From positions 1-45,127 of the IMG/VR virus record IMGVR_UViG_3300035043_000056: a DNA stretch of 45,127 nucleotides; one strand, written 5' to 3'. This document shows, in pieces, positions 25,189 to 33,404 of this stretch; the stretch's first letter is position 1, and each line of letters starts with the position of its first letter. The translations under genes were made by a program, and so were the position numbers. This DNA is from a virus. A model generated the notes under the pieces. That model was not told the origin of the DNA. It saw nothing but the letters and a program-made list of their open reading frames with translations, and made no database searches.

Positions 25189-25649
25189 CTCTTCATCTCA
25201 AATCGTGTAAACATTTCGCCTCGTGGTCCAAGCGGCTCAGGATCATAAGTTTTGAAACCGAGCCACCGCAACCACGCGACAGATTTTTCATTCTTCGAAT
25301 GGACGTAGTTATAAATGAACTCATAACCACTGACCATTTTCTCAACAACTTTCTGGCACCGGACAGCAAACATCCTTGAATATTTATCGAAGTCCGGTGT
25401 TGCCAGCATCCAAATCATTCCGACCTTCTGCTCGAACTCGTCAATCGGTGTGACACCAAACATGCACACGACTTTTCCATCGACTTCCCACACTTCGGAA
25501 TTTTCCAGGAGATCAGGCGTAGCTTCAAGCGATTCACGGATCGTGGACCCGTCGAATGCGTCAACTTCCTCGATGTCTTCAGGTCTTACATGATCAATAA
25601 GATATTCGACATCATCCTGTGTGGGTTTGCGAATGAGTTCTTTGATCAT
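25173..25649 (-). CDS. Virion-module protein, weak acetyltransferase-like C-terminal pattern (158 aa)
   Basis: ORF in which NYVHSKNEKSVAWLRWLGFK resembles the GNAT beta-alpha end. This is tentative. Confidence 0.55.
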   Translation of the reverse strand: MIKELIRKPTQDDVEYLIDHVRPEDIEEVDAFDGSTIRESLEATPDLLENSEVWEVDGKVVCMFGVTPIDEFEQKVGMIWMLATPDFDKYSRMFAVRCQKVVEKMVSGYEFIYNYVHSKNEKSVAWLRWLGFKTYDPEPLGPRGEMFTRFEMKRCAIQ

Positions 25650-25653
25650 GTCC

Positions 25654-26265
25654 CTACCCGATTACATCGACGCTACCATTACCGGCTTTGCCATACTGTT
25701 GAACACCGGTTCCTTGTCTGTAGGTTCTGGCGTTTTGGATTGCTGCCGCGTTGCCGAGGTTTCCGAAGAAGTCAGCAAAGACGTTAGCCAGCGGTGAGGA
25801 TGGTGCTGTGGGTTGCAGTGCTTGCACAGCAGAGGCGGCAGCAGCGGAAGCAGAGCCAGGATCGGCAGCAGCGCGGTTGTCGGCATAAAGCTGCGACTTG
25901 CGACTGTCGATGTTGCTGCGAAGACCTTGAACAGCCGTTTGCGCCTGATTGCTGATCGCCAGTTTTTGTGTGTCAAAATATTTCTGAAGATCTGCCATCT
26001 GCTTCGCACCGACCGAACCTGTCAGGTTGCCGGTCTGCGCCAGTTGCAGCGTCAAGCGTTTTACAGCGTCAGCATACTGGTCGTCAAGCTGCGGGGTGTA
26101 ATACCCCATGTATTGATCGTTGTATCCTTGGTAGAAATCGTCATTGAAGCCAGCGAAAGCCTGGTCGATGCTAGTCTGACCTTGCGTGATACGCGCCTGT
26201 CTTGCAGCTTCCTGTTGACGAGCGATTTCAGCCGAATTGTCTTTGGGTTTTGAACTCTTGCACAT
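25654..26265 (-). CDS. Virion-module protein (203 aa)
   Basis: I prefer the ATG at 26265, after GAGGA and one base past the upstream TAA, to the tracked start at 26292. Confidence 0.65.
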   Translation of the reverse strand: MCKSSKPKDNSAEIARQQEAARQARITQGQTSIDQAFAGFNDDFYQGYNDQYMGYYTPQLDDQYADAVKRLTLQLAQTGNLTGSVGAKQMADLQKYFDTQKLAISNQAQTAVQGLRSNIDSRKSQLYADNRAAADPGSASAAAASAVQALQPTAPSSPLANVFADFFGNLGNAAAIQNARTYRQGTGVQQYGKAGNGSVDVIG

Positions 26266-26266
26266 G

Positions 26267-28705
26267 TTATCCGTCCTCGTGTAGTCCGACATAGTGCATG
26301 GCGAGTGCAGATAACGTTGCCTGTCCTGCCGATGAGCAGGTGAGGTTTACCGCAAAGAGGCTGGACACGCCTGTTACCCCGTATCGCGGTTTACCGTAAG
26401 TAGTTCCTGTTGCGATGCCCTGATTGACCTTCGTGGCCTCATTAGCAGGGTCAGGCAACAATTCTACCTTCCAACTATTTGTACCAATAATATCGAATCC
26501 AAGCAACTCTTTAAATGCAGCAGGGTTCTTTGCGCTAAAATAAGGCAGTTCAATGATGCAAATATCTTCATTTTCATCAGGATAGGTGTTATTATCAGCA
26601 CCCCCATAGAGATAAAGCCGGTCAACCCCACCATCATCCTTGCCGCGCACATATATCCGGTCGCCCACCTTGGCGAAGTGCTGGATGTCAAAATCCACCT
26701 CGTAATAGGACCATGCTGAGATCTTCGCCGCAGGGAAATAGCTCAGGACGTAGATCCGGTTCTTGATCCCAAGCCAGAAACGACCGTCAATCGGTTCCAC
26801 AACACCGACCGCAGCCGCAATTTCTTCCTCGGTGAGCGTATCCATATAATCGCGGATATGCGTGTCGATGGGTGTGCCGACATCGGACACATAAGCAGCG
26901 TTCGAACTGTCACGCGCCTTGATGCTTCGAATACCAGAGGTATCGAGATAAAACACATCGTTGTTACCGTATGGCACCACGGACCCAGGCGCAGTCGTGC
27001 CGGTGTTTTGCAGCGTTTGCAGGAACACGTTAATGCTGGAATCTTCAGAGATAGACCAAATACGAATGTTGTTCGCAGAGAAAATCGCCATCAAGCCTTG
27101 ATATTCCTGCGCGACGGTCAGGGTTTCTTCACCGGCTGTTTGCGAGGCCATGTTGATGAAACCGTAATCGACACCGGACACCCATTGCGTCGGTGCGCCG
27201 AGCGCGGAGAAATAAAGGTTGCTGCTGGCTGTCGAATACATCTTCTGCTTAAACGTGAGCGCAGAAATACCCGTACCGGATGCGCGACCTGTCACGATAT
27301 ATTCTTCAGTGCCGTTGATCGTAATTTTAAACTGATCTGCGGATTCGAACGTTCCTGTGATTTGGGCCGTATAAACCTGCGCGACAGCGGTTGTTGCAGT
27401 GACACCGCCACTCATTGTCGCGTCATGGGTTGATGTCACGTTTCCGCTTTCATTCGTGACAACGACAAAGCCGTTCGGAGATGCGCCAGATCCGGCAACA
27501 GCGGAAATCGTAACAACCGGCCCGTCAGCGGTCGCTGTATAATTCGGTGAAGACGTTTCAGCGTTGATCGCATCGGCAATGTCTTCAGCGGTTGCTGAGT
27601 TCGAAGTCACCCACGGCACACCGGCATACGCACCGCCTGTCAAGTTGGTCACACTACCGACCGTAACGTCACCTGTCACACCTGGCGCGACGACAAAACC
27701 ATTTGGCGACGATCCGGTGCCAGCCAGCGCAGTGATCGAAACGACCGCGCCAGATCCACCGGCTGTATATTCAGGTGAAGACGAATATGAATTGATCTGA
27801 GCGCGAATTGCGGCTGCGGTCGTGCTGTTGTCGCCTGTGTGATCGACCGGCGCACCGAGAATATCGACACCATTGACCAAAACCTCATCGACGGTGTTCA
27901 CACCCGCGCTGTTCGTGCCGCCTGTGACCGTGAAAGATCCTGCGGCAAGCGTTTCACTATCACCACCAAGGATATTGACACCATCAACTGTGATCGAAAC
28001 CATGTTGTTTGTGCCAGCACTCGCGCTGCCGCCTGTGATCGTGATCTCTGCTGTGGCAAGCACTTCCGCTATATCAACAACGTTCGCCTGAGTTTGCGTT
28101 AAAGTGATGTCCTGATCAGGATTCGATCCGTTGTTCGTCGTCGATTTCGAGATCGTGAACGGTACACCCGCTGTTTGCGATGTGATCGTGATCGTGTTTG
28201 TCGATGCGTTCGCGTTGACAGCCGGTGAGTTGTTGATGGCGGTCGCCAAAGCAGCCGCAACAGCGTTATTAGAGCCGATAGTCGTTGCCAACGTGTCCCA
28301 ATCGGTGACACGAGAAGTGTTGTAGAAGTGATAAATGTTACCGTCAGCAAATTCGATGATTGAATAAAGCTGACCGTTGAATGCTTCCGCATCTTTAATA
28401 CTGTCGATGGCTGTTGCAGGTGTCGGATGCTGCGTGAGAAGATGCGTGACACCTGCTGGAACGTTACCCGCCTGAGCCGCGCTATAACCGCAGGTATAAA
28501 GCGTTTCGTTGATCGCAAAAAGTCCTCGCGTCGTTGAAGGAAAAGAACCTGACTGCTGGACGAATTTTTTACGCCGCGCAACGTCACCGCCGCGTGTGAG
28601 ATGCCCGTCTTTTACCGTCCAGGCAGAACCAAGCTCTGCCGCAACACGAGAAGCCCGTTTGCGGTCCATTCCGAGCCTGACATCTTGCATCTGAACATAA
28701 GGCAT
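26267..28705 (-). CDS. Tail tubular protein B / nozzle-like protein with an inserted repeat domain (812 aa)
   Basis: Size and position match T7 gp12 (after the gp11-like gene). Residues ~137-440 contain internal duplications (see the finding). Confidence 0.6.
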   Translation of the reverse strand: MPYVQMQDVRLGMDRKRASRVAAELGSAWTVKDGHLTRGGDVARRKKFVQQSGSFPSTTRGLFAINETLYTCGYSAAQAGNVPAGVTHLLTQHPTPATAIDSIKDAEAFNGQLYSIIEFADGNIYHFYNTSRVTDWDTLATTIGSNNAVAAALATAINNSPAVNANASTNTITITSQTAGVPFTISKSTTNNGSNPDQDITLTQTQANVVDIAEVLATAEITITGGSASAGTNNMVSITVDGVNILGGDSETLAAGSFTVTGGTNSAGVNTVDEVLVNGVDILGAPVDHTGDNSTTAAAIRAQINSYSSSPEYTAGGSGAVVSITALAGTGSSPNGFVVAPGVTGDVTVGSVTNLTGGAYAGVPWVTSNSATAEDIADAINAETSSPNYTATADGPVVTISAVAGSGASPNGFVVVTNESGNVTSTHDATMSGGVTATTAVAQVYTAQITGTFESADQFKITINGTEEYIVTGRASGTGISALTFKQKMYSTASSNLYFSALGAPTQWVSGVDYGFINMASQTAGEETLTVAQEYQGLMAIFSANNIRIWSISEDSSINVFLQTLQNTGTTAPGSVVPYGNNDVFYLDTSGIRSIKARDSSNAAYVSDVGTPIDTHIRDYMDTLTEEEIAAAVGVVEPIDGRFWLGIKNRIYVLSYFPAAKISAWSYYEVDFDIQHFAKVGDRIYVRGKDDGGVDRLYLYGGADNNTYPDENEDICIIELPYFSAKNPAAFKELLGFDIIGTNSWKVELLPDPANEATKVNQGIATGTTYGKPRYGVTGVSSLFAVNLTCSSAGQATLSALAMHYVGLHEDG

Positions 28706-28709
28706 CTCA

Positions 28710-29414
28710 TTAGCTCACTACGATTGTTGTTTTTCCGCTGTGAGGGCGGTTTCCATTACGATTTCCAAGACCAACCTGGACCATTTTGCTGTCGGATTGC
28801 GAATTCCGGCGCAACATCATCAGTCTGCGTTCGGCCTGTGATAATTTGTTCTTTGCGTCGTTCGATTTCTGCCGCGCAAGGATCTCTGCTGCTGCAAAAA
28901 GCACGATCAGGCGATCATCGAGATCAGCCGTGTCGCTTTCCTCGATCAAATCGCCAAGTTTTTTGGTGCCGAGCAGATAAATCGTTGCAGCCTGATTTGG
29001 CACAGGCCATGCTTCAAGCTTCTCTGCGCTGCCGGTGTCACGAATATCCCATTTCAGCGTCGGAAACGACTTTTCCATCGGTGAAGCGTTGCTGTCATAG
29101 ATGGAATAATCTTCAAGCAAGATGCCACGCTCAATCGGCACATAAACACCGTTGTATTTGAGCTTGACATCTTGAATGCGGTCGAAATTCAGATCCGCTG
29201 GAAGATCATAATAACGCTGGTTATTCGCCAGCGTGATCGTGCGTTGAACCCGCAGGTGAGGCCACTCATATTCTTCGTACAGAAGCTCCTGAGTGCGTTG
29301 CAGGATGACCTTTAGGTTTTCAACCTCGTCAACCCCCACCGCGACGTTCTGAGTACGGCCCGTTTCAGCGCGGAGTTGCGCGATAAGAGAAAGAAGCTGC
29401 TTTCCACGAGCCAT
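28710..29414 (-). CDS. Tail tubular protein A / adaptor-like protein (234 aa)
   Basis: Its position between the capsid genes and the gp12-like gene. No diagnostic motif. Confidence 0.55.
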   Translation of the reverse strand: MARGKQLLSLIAQLRAETGRTQNVAVGVDEVENLKVILQRTQELLYEEYEWPHLRVQRTITLANNQRYYDLPADLNFDRIQDVKLKYNGVYVPIERGILLEDYSIYDSNASPMEKSFPTLKWDIRDTGSAEKLEAWPVPNQAATIYLLGTKKLGDLIEESDTADLDDRLIVLFAAAEILARQKSNDAKNKLSQAERRLMMLRRNSQSDSKMVQVGLGNRNGNRPHSGKTTIVVS

Positions 29415-29419
29415 TTATG

Positions 29420-29866
29420 TTACCCCGCCAGGTCTTGTAAGCTCACCTGTTCTGCTGGAATGACACGATCCATGCGATCCTGTTCGTTTTGCGTCATGGT
29501 TTGAGAATGATTTTCTCTCTTGTCGGCTTTCGTCACCGATTTTGCGACAGAGATTACATCGTCTTCGTCAACCATTCCGAAACGCTCAACGAGATCGGAC
29601 GGAAGTTGTTCCGGTACAGAACCCAATGGGCCGAAAATTGTGTCGATTGATTGTTCGCGTTTCACGAGAGCCTGGTCGTACAGACCTTTCAGACGCTCTT
29701 TTTCTTCGCGCAAATTGATGCGTTTTTCCTCATGGACTTCCACACCAACCACGGCATCAACACCGTGAATGTACTGAAGCACCAGAATTTCTGGTGCAGA
29801 AAAGATCTTCTCGATCTCGTTCATGGTAGATCCGGCTAACCGGAGTTTCGCTTTGTAATACTGCAT
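29420..29866 (-). CDS. Hypothetical virion-module protein (148 aa)
   Basis: ORF following AAGGCAAGG. Confidence 0.6.
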   Translation of the reverse strand: MQYYKAKLRLAGSTMNEIEKIFSAPEILVLQYIHGVDAVVGVEVHEEKRINLREEKERLKGLYDQALVKREQSIDTIFGPLGSVPEQLPSDLVERFGMVDEDDVISVAKSVTKADKRENHSQTMTQNEQDRMDRVIPAEQVSLQDLAG

Positions 29867-29897
29867 TTTGTACCTTGCCTTTCGCAGTTAGAGTGAA

Positions 29898-29926
29898 GGA
29901 GTGCCGTGTGGCGAACACGGCACTCC
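29898..29926 (-). terminator. Strong hairpin after the capsid-region genes (attenuator or partial terminator)
   Basis: 12-bp perfect stem, GGAGTGCCGTGT (29898-29909) with ACACGGCACTCC (29915-29926), and a 5-nt loop. There is no clear U-tract on either strand. Confidence 0.45.
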
Positions 29927-29936
29927 CCTTGAAAAA

Positions 29937-31178
29937 TTAACCAGCGTACTGTGTAACGCCTTTGTAGGCCGGATCGGGTTCTGCAACAAGCAGAGTGATC
30001 TCGGTTGCTCCATCAAGCGTTGCCAGCGGTTCGTATGTGCCGCGAACGTCACCGGTCGTTGCCGTAGCAGCGTCAGAAACACCTGCTACCAACAGACCGC
30101 CTGGTTCGATGACAGTCGTGATCGAAGCTGCGCCAGCAGAAGGTGCTGCGTCATTTTCGACTTCGACAGTGCCGCCAGCCAATACGGTCGTGTTTGCAGG
30201 ACCGGAGAGGCTATCGACAACACCAACCGCAGAGCCGGAAAGTGCAATCGTGATCGTACCGACTGTGCCAGCCGCAGTTTTCACCGTTAAGGTGGAATCC
30301 GCAGTTGCGACAGCCGTGTTGGTCACGGCATACACATCCTTGATGTGACCACCAATCGGGGAAACACCGTAAACCTGACCCGCATCAGCCAGTGAAGGCG
30401 TATCGGAATTTAGGAATACCTTGCTACCCTTGTCATAGACGACTGAGCCTTCTTTGACATTGATCACATTGGCTTCGTTGCTCAGGAAAGCAGGAAGGCC
30501 GAGCTTGTTGCCCGTACCGACCGTCAAGCTGGTGACGTTTGCAGACACGGAAATATCCGTGACTTCAGCAAATGCTTTCGCGCCAGTGAAGGAAGTGCCG
30601 GAACCGGAACTTTCAACAATGGTGTTACCATACTCGTCTTTACCCGTCACAGTCAGAACGGCAGTGCCGGTCCAAGATGCGACAACGTTACGCGGTACGT
30701 CAGGAACACCGTTCAGTGCTGCTGCCGCAAGAGCCGCTGCTGCCGTGGTGTCAACCGAGAACACACCCGCTGAGGTGAGGTTCTGCGATTCCACATAACC
30801 ATTGGTATCTGCCACTGCTGGCGAACCCAGGGTTACACGAACAACCGACCCAAGGACGGTGCGTTTGATGTCGGCTTCGTTGATAGCGGCCTGAGCAGCT
30901 TCATTCGAATCCGAACCTTCAACGTTGAACTGAGCGTTCAAACGCGCACCGGTCGGGATGGTTGTTGCACCAAGATAGGTCACAGTAATTTCGGATGCAC
31001 CGAACGCAACTGTGAAGTCGGACGGAGAACTCAGCAAACGCTGGAACTTGTCAACCCACAATTTATGTCCGTATGCAGCGAAAGTACCTGCACTCGTCCC
31101 TGCCGGATAAGCAAAGGTCTTCGTGCCACTCGTAGCAATCGGAGTACCGACTACTGTTTCAGAATTTTTGAAAGACAT
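29937..31178 (-). CDS. Abundant-looking virion protein (capsid decoration or head-fibre candidate, 413 aa)
   Basis: Lies directly after the major capsid gene and has its own RBS. It is Ala/Thr/Gly/Val-rich, consistent with beta structure, and is followed by the hairpin. Confidence 0.55.
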   Translation of the reverse strand: MSFKNSETVVGTPIATSGTKTFAYPAGTSAGTFAAYGHKLWVDKFQRLLSSPSDFTVAFGASEITVTYLGATTIPTGARLNAQFNVEGSDSNEAAQAAINEADIKRTVLGSVVRVTLGSPAVADTNGYVESQNLTSAGVFSVDTTAAAALAAAALNGVPDVPRNVVASWTGTAVLTVTGKDEYGNTIVESSGSGTSFTGAKAFAEVTDISVSANVTSLTVGTGNKLGLPAFLSNEANVINVKEGSVVYDKGSKVFLNSDTPSLADAGQVYGVSPIGGHIKDVYAVTNTAVATADSTLTVKTAAGTVGTITIALSGSAVGVVDSLSGPANTTVLAGGTVEVENDAAPSAGAASITTVIEPGGLLVAGVSDAATATTGDVRGTYEPLATLDGATEITLLVAEPDPAYKGVTQYAG

Positions 31179-31200
31179 GATTTGATCTCCTTTCTTTCAA

Positions 31201-32244
31201 TTAAGCGATTGACACGATACCGGAAGTGTTACGCTGGCGGCAAACCAGACCGACAACATCCGTAACAGCACGATACATGACGTATTTATCGTGAGGACGC
31301 GCAGGGCTGTGACGCTTGTTGCGTTCACTGTCCATGTACATCGGATAAATGGCGTTCGTATCGATGATATACAGATATTTGCTTTCGCCTTCGTCGTCGA
31401 GGGTCGGGTCATAGTTGATGACCATACCTTTGAACGAAGTGTCGGCAACACTGATGTCGATGGAGCCTTTTTGCGCCCAACCGCTATCAGTGTAGGTGCC
31501 GTTCGTGCGAAGCTCTTTTTCCAACGCATCCAGGAACGCGGAACCCGCGAACATGACATGCTTCGGAGAGCCGTAACGCTTCAACTGACGGAACTCGTTT
31601 TGCAGAGCTTGTGCGATGGTCGAGTTCTGCGGCGAAGCTGTGGACAGGCCGAGGTTCACTCGGTTTCTCCACCAGGTATTCGTCGATTGGTCGATACCAC
31701 CTACAATCAATGCAGAGGTCGGGTTGGTCAGAATGAACGACTTGATGCCAGGGCAAAGTTCGCTGTCTTGCGAACCGTCGCGCCAGAACATTGCGTTCAT
31801 ACCACGAGCGTGACCTTCCATCATGTCTTCAATCTTATCGTCGAAGATGTCTGCAAGAGCAGTCATTTCACGATCCGAGTGACGACTTTCACCGCGACCG
31901 GTTGTGGTATCGCTGATCGAGATACCGTTCCGTTGCAGTTCATCAAACGTGACCTCGATACCAGCGTGGATACGCTTGTAAGGGAAGGTCGCCATTTTGA
32001 TGTTGGCAGGGTTGCTGTAGCTGACCGTATCGTCATGGCTGAAGCCTTGGATGCCGGTTGTGTACTCGCCTTTCACGCGAACAGTCAGGAATTCCTTACC
32101 CGCAGGGAAGGTCTTCGCTTTCTTTTCGAACATGCTCAGGAGAGGTTTGTCCTGGATCGTTTGTGAATAAATCGTACCACGGTCCAGGTGATGATCGAGA
32201 GTAGCGTTAGCCAAACTCTCTAGTTCTTGTACTGTAAATGACAT
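31201..32244 (-). CDS. Major capsid protein
   Basis: 347 aa, lying after the acidic scaffold gene and the portal. Size and placement match T7 gp10-class HK97-fold capsid proteins. Confidence 0.75.
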   Translation of the reverse strand: MSFTVQELESLANATLDHHLDRGTIYSQTIQDKPLLSMFEKKAKTFPAGKEFLTVRVKGEYTTGIQGFSHDDTVSYSNPANIKMATFPYKRIHAGIEVTFDELQRNGISISDTTTGRGESRHSDREMTALADIFDDKIEDMMEGHARGMNAMFWRDGSQDSELCPGIKSFILTNPTSALIVGGIDQSTNTWWRNRVNLGLSTASPQNSTIAQALQNEFRQLKRYGSPKHVMFAGSAFLDALEKELRTNGTYTDSGWAQKGSIDISVADTSFKGMVINYDPTLDDEGESKYLYIIDTNAIYPMYMDSERNKRHSPARPHDKYVMYRAVTDVVGLVCRQRNTSGIVSIA

Positions 32245-32263
32245 GATTCGCTCCTTTTTGTCA

Positions 32264-33316
32264 TTACTGGTTGAGCGTTCTGCGGATCACATCAAGGGTG
32301 TTTTTCGGTTCGGGCATGTTCGAAGCGGAGCTACCACCATCAACAGTTCTGACTTGCTTGCGCGGAGGTGTCAACTTTTTCAAATCGGCTTCGATTTCAG
32401 CCTTGGCCTGATTTGCAAGTTTGACAGCCTCGTCAACTGTCTTCGGCATTGTCCCGTTTCTCTGTGCGCGTACCAGCAACAACTCGACGCGATCAAGAAC
32501 GCGATCTTTTTTCTTCGCGTAGTCAGGGTCAGATGCCGCCCAACTTCTCTCCCAATCCGCTACCGCGTTTTGCATCGAGAGGTTGTTCTGCTGTTGACGG
32601 GTCGTGTCTTGCTGTTGCTGGTACTGCTGCCGTTCCTCATTGATGGCTTGCGAGGTGCGCCCCATCATGCGGTGGCGGGATAATTCGAAAGCATGTTCCT
32701 TCGTAATGTACCCCTGCTTCACTTGCTGCGCCAGATCAGGCTGCAAAACATTGCCGGTGATCTGAAGCAGGTCATTATAATATGGCGTGATGAGTTCCAA
32801 TGCCTTTGCAGGATCGTTCTTCATCAATGCGCCGATATGAAACAGTTCGTTTGCTTCATCTTGTGAGATGCGGTTTTCGTCAAGAAAACCCACAAACTTC
32901 CTGTAGTAACCAGCTTCAGTGTTTGCCTGTTCCAGTTGAGTTGAAAGAGTGTTTAACTTCTCTTTGCTCTCGCGGTACAAGCCTTTGAGTTTATCAAACC
33001 GTTCGGTCGTAGCCTTTTTTAAATGCTTACGCTCTTCGGGTGTGAAATCCTCAAAGTCGTCGTCAACTTCGTCCTTGTCGTCCTTGGGTTTTTTATCACC
33101 TTCGGCCTTCTTGGACTTATCTTCTTCTGAACTACCACCATCTTCATCTTCACCTTCTTTATCGAGCGCATCTTTGATGAGTTCGAATGTGGAAGGAGAA
33201 TCTTCCGATGGATTTGGATCGGACGAATCCGCAGTATCCTGGTCCGTGTCAGAAGTGGACGATGCTCCTGGTTTTTGCTGGTCCTCTAGTTCTTCAGTAT
33301 CGGCTGGCGAAGCCAT
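32264..33316 (-). CDS. Scaffolding protein
   Basis: A highly acidic N-terminus (DEDGGSSEEDKSKKAEGDKKPKDDKDEVDDDFEDF) followed by long helical, Gln-rich segments. Lies between portal and capsid. Confidence 0.72.
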   Translation of the reverse strand: MASPADTEELEDQQKPGASSTSDTDQDTADSSDPNPSEDSPSTFELIKDALDKEGEDEDGGSSEEDKSKKAEGDKKPKDDKDEVDDDFEDFTPEERKHLKKATTERFDKLKGLYRESKEKLNTLSTQLEQANTEAGYYRKFVGFLDENRISQDEANELFHIGALMKNDPAKALELITPYYNDLLQITGNVLQPDLAQQVKQGYITKEHAFELSRHRMMGRTSQAINEERQQYQQQQDTTRQQQNNLSMQNAVADWERSWAASDPDYAKKKDRVLDRVELLLVRAQRNGTMPKTVDEAVKLANQAKAEIEADLKKLTPPRKQVRTVDGGSSASNMPEPKNTLDVIRRTLNQ

Positions 33317-33404
33317 ATCTTAGCCTCCATTTAAAGGAAAGTGGACGTTTCACAACGTTCACGAATTTATAATCTCAAACCCCGACATCGAAGTCAAGCG
33401 TTTA

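Noticed and set aside
33357-33397. A sigma70 promoter for the scaffold-capsid genes in the portal-scaffold gap (minus-strand TTGACT ... ATTATAAAT).
   Set aside because: The good -10 candidates sit 19-20 nt from the -35, and the 17-18-nt options are poor hexamers. I mention it only as context for the TGTCGGGGTT copy at 33378-33387.
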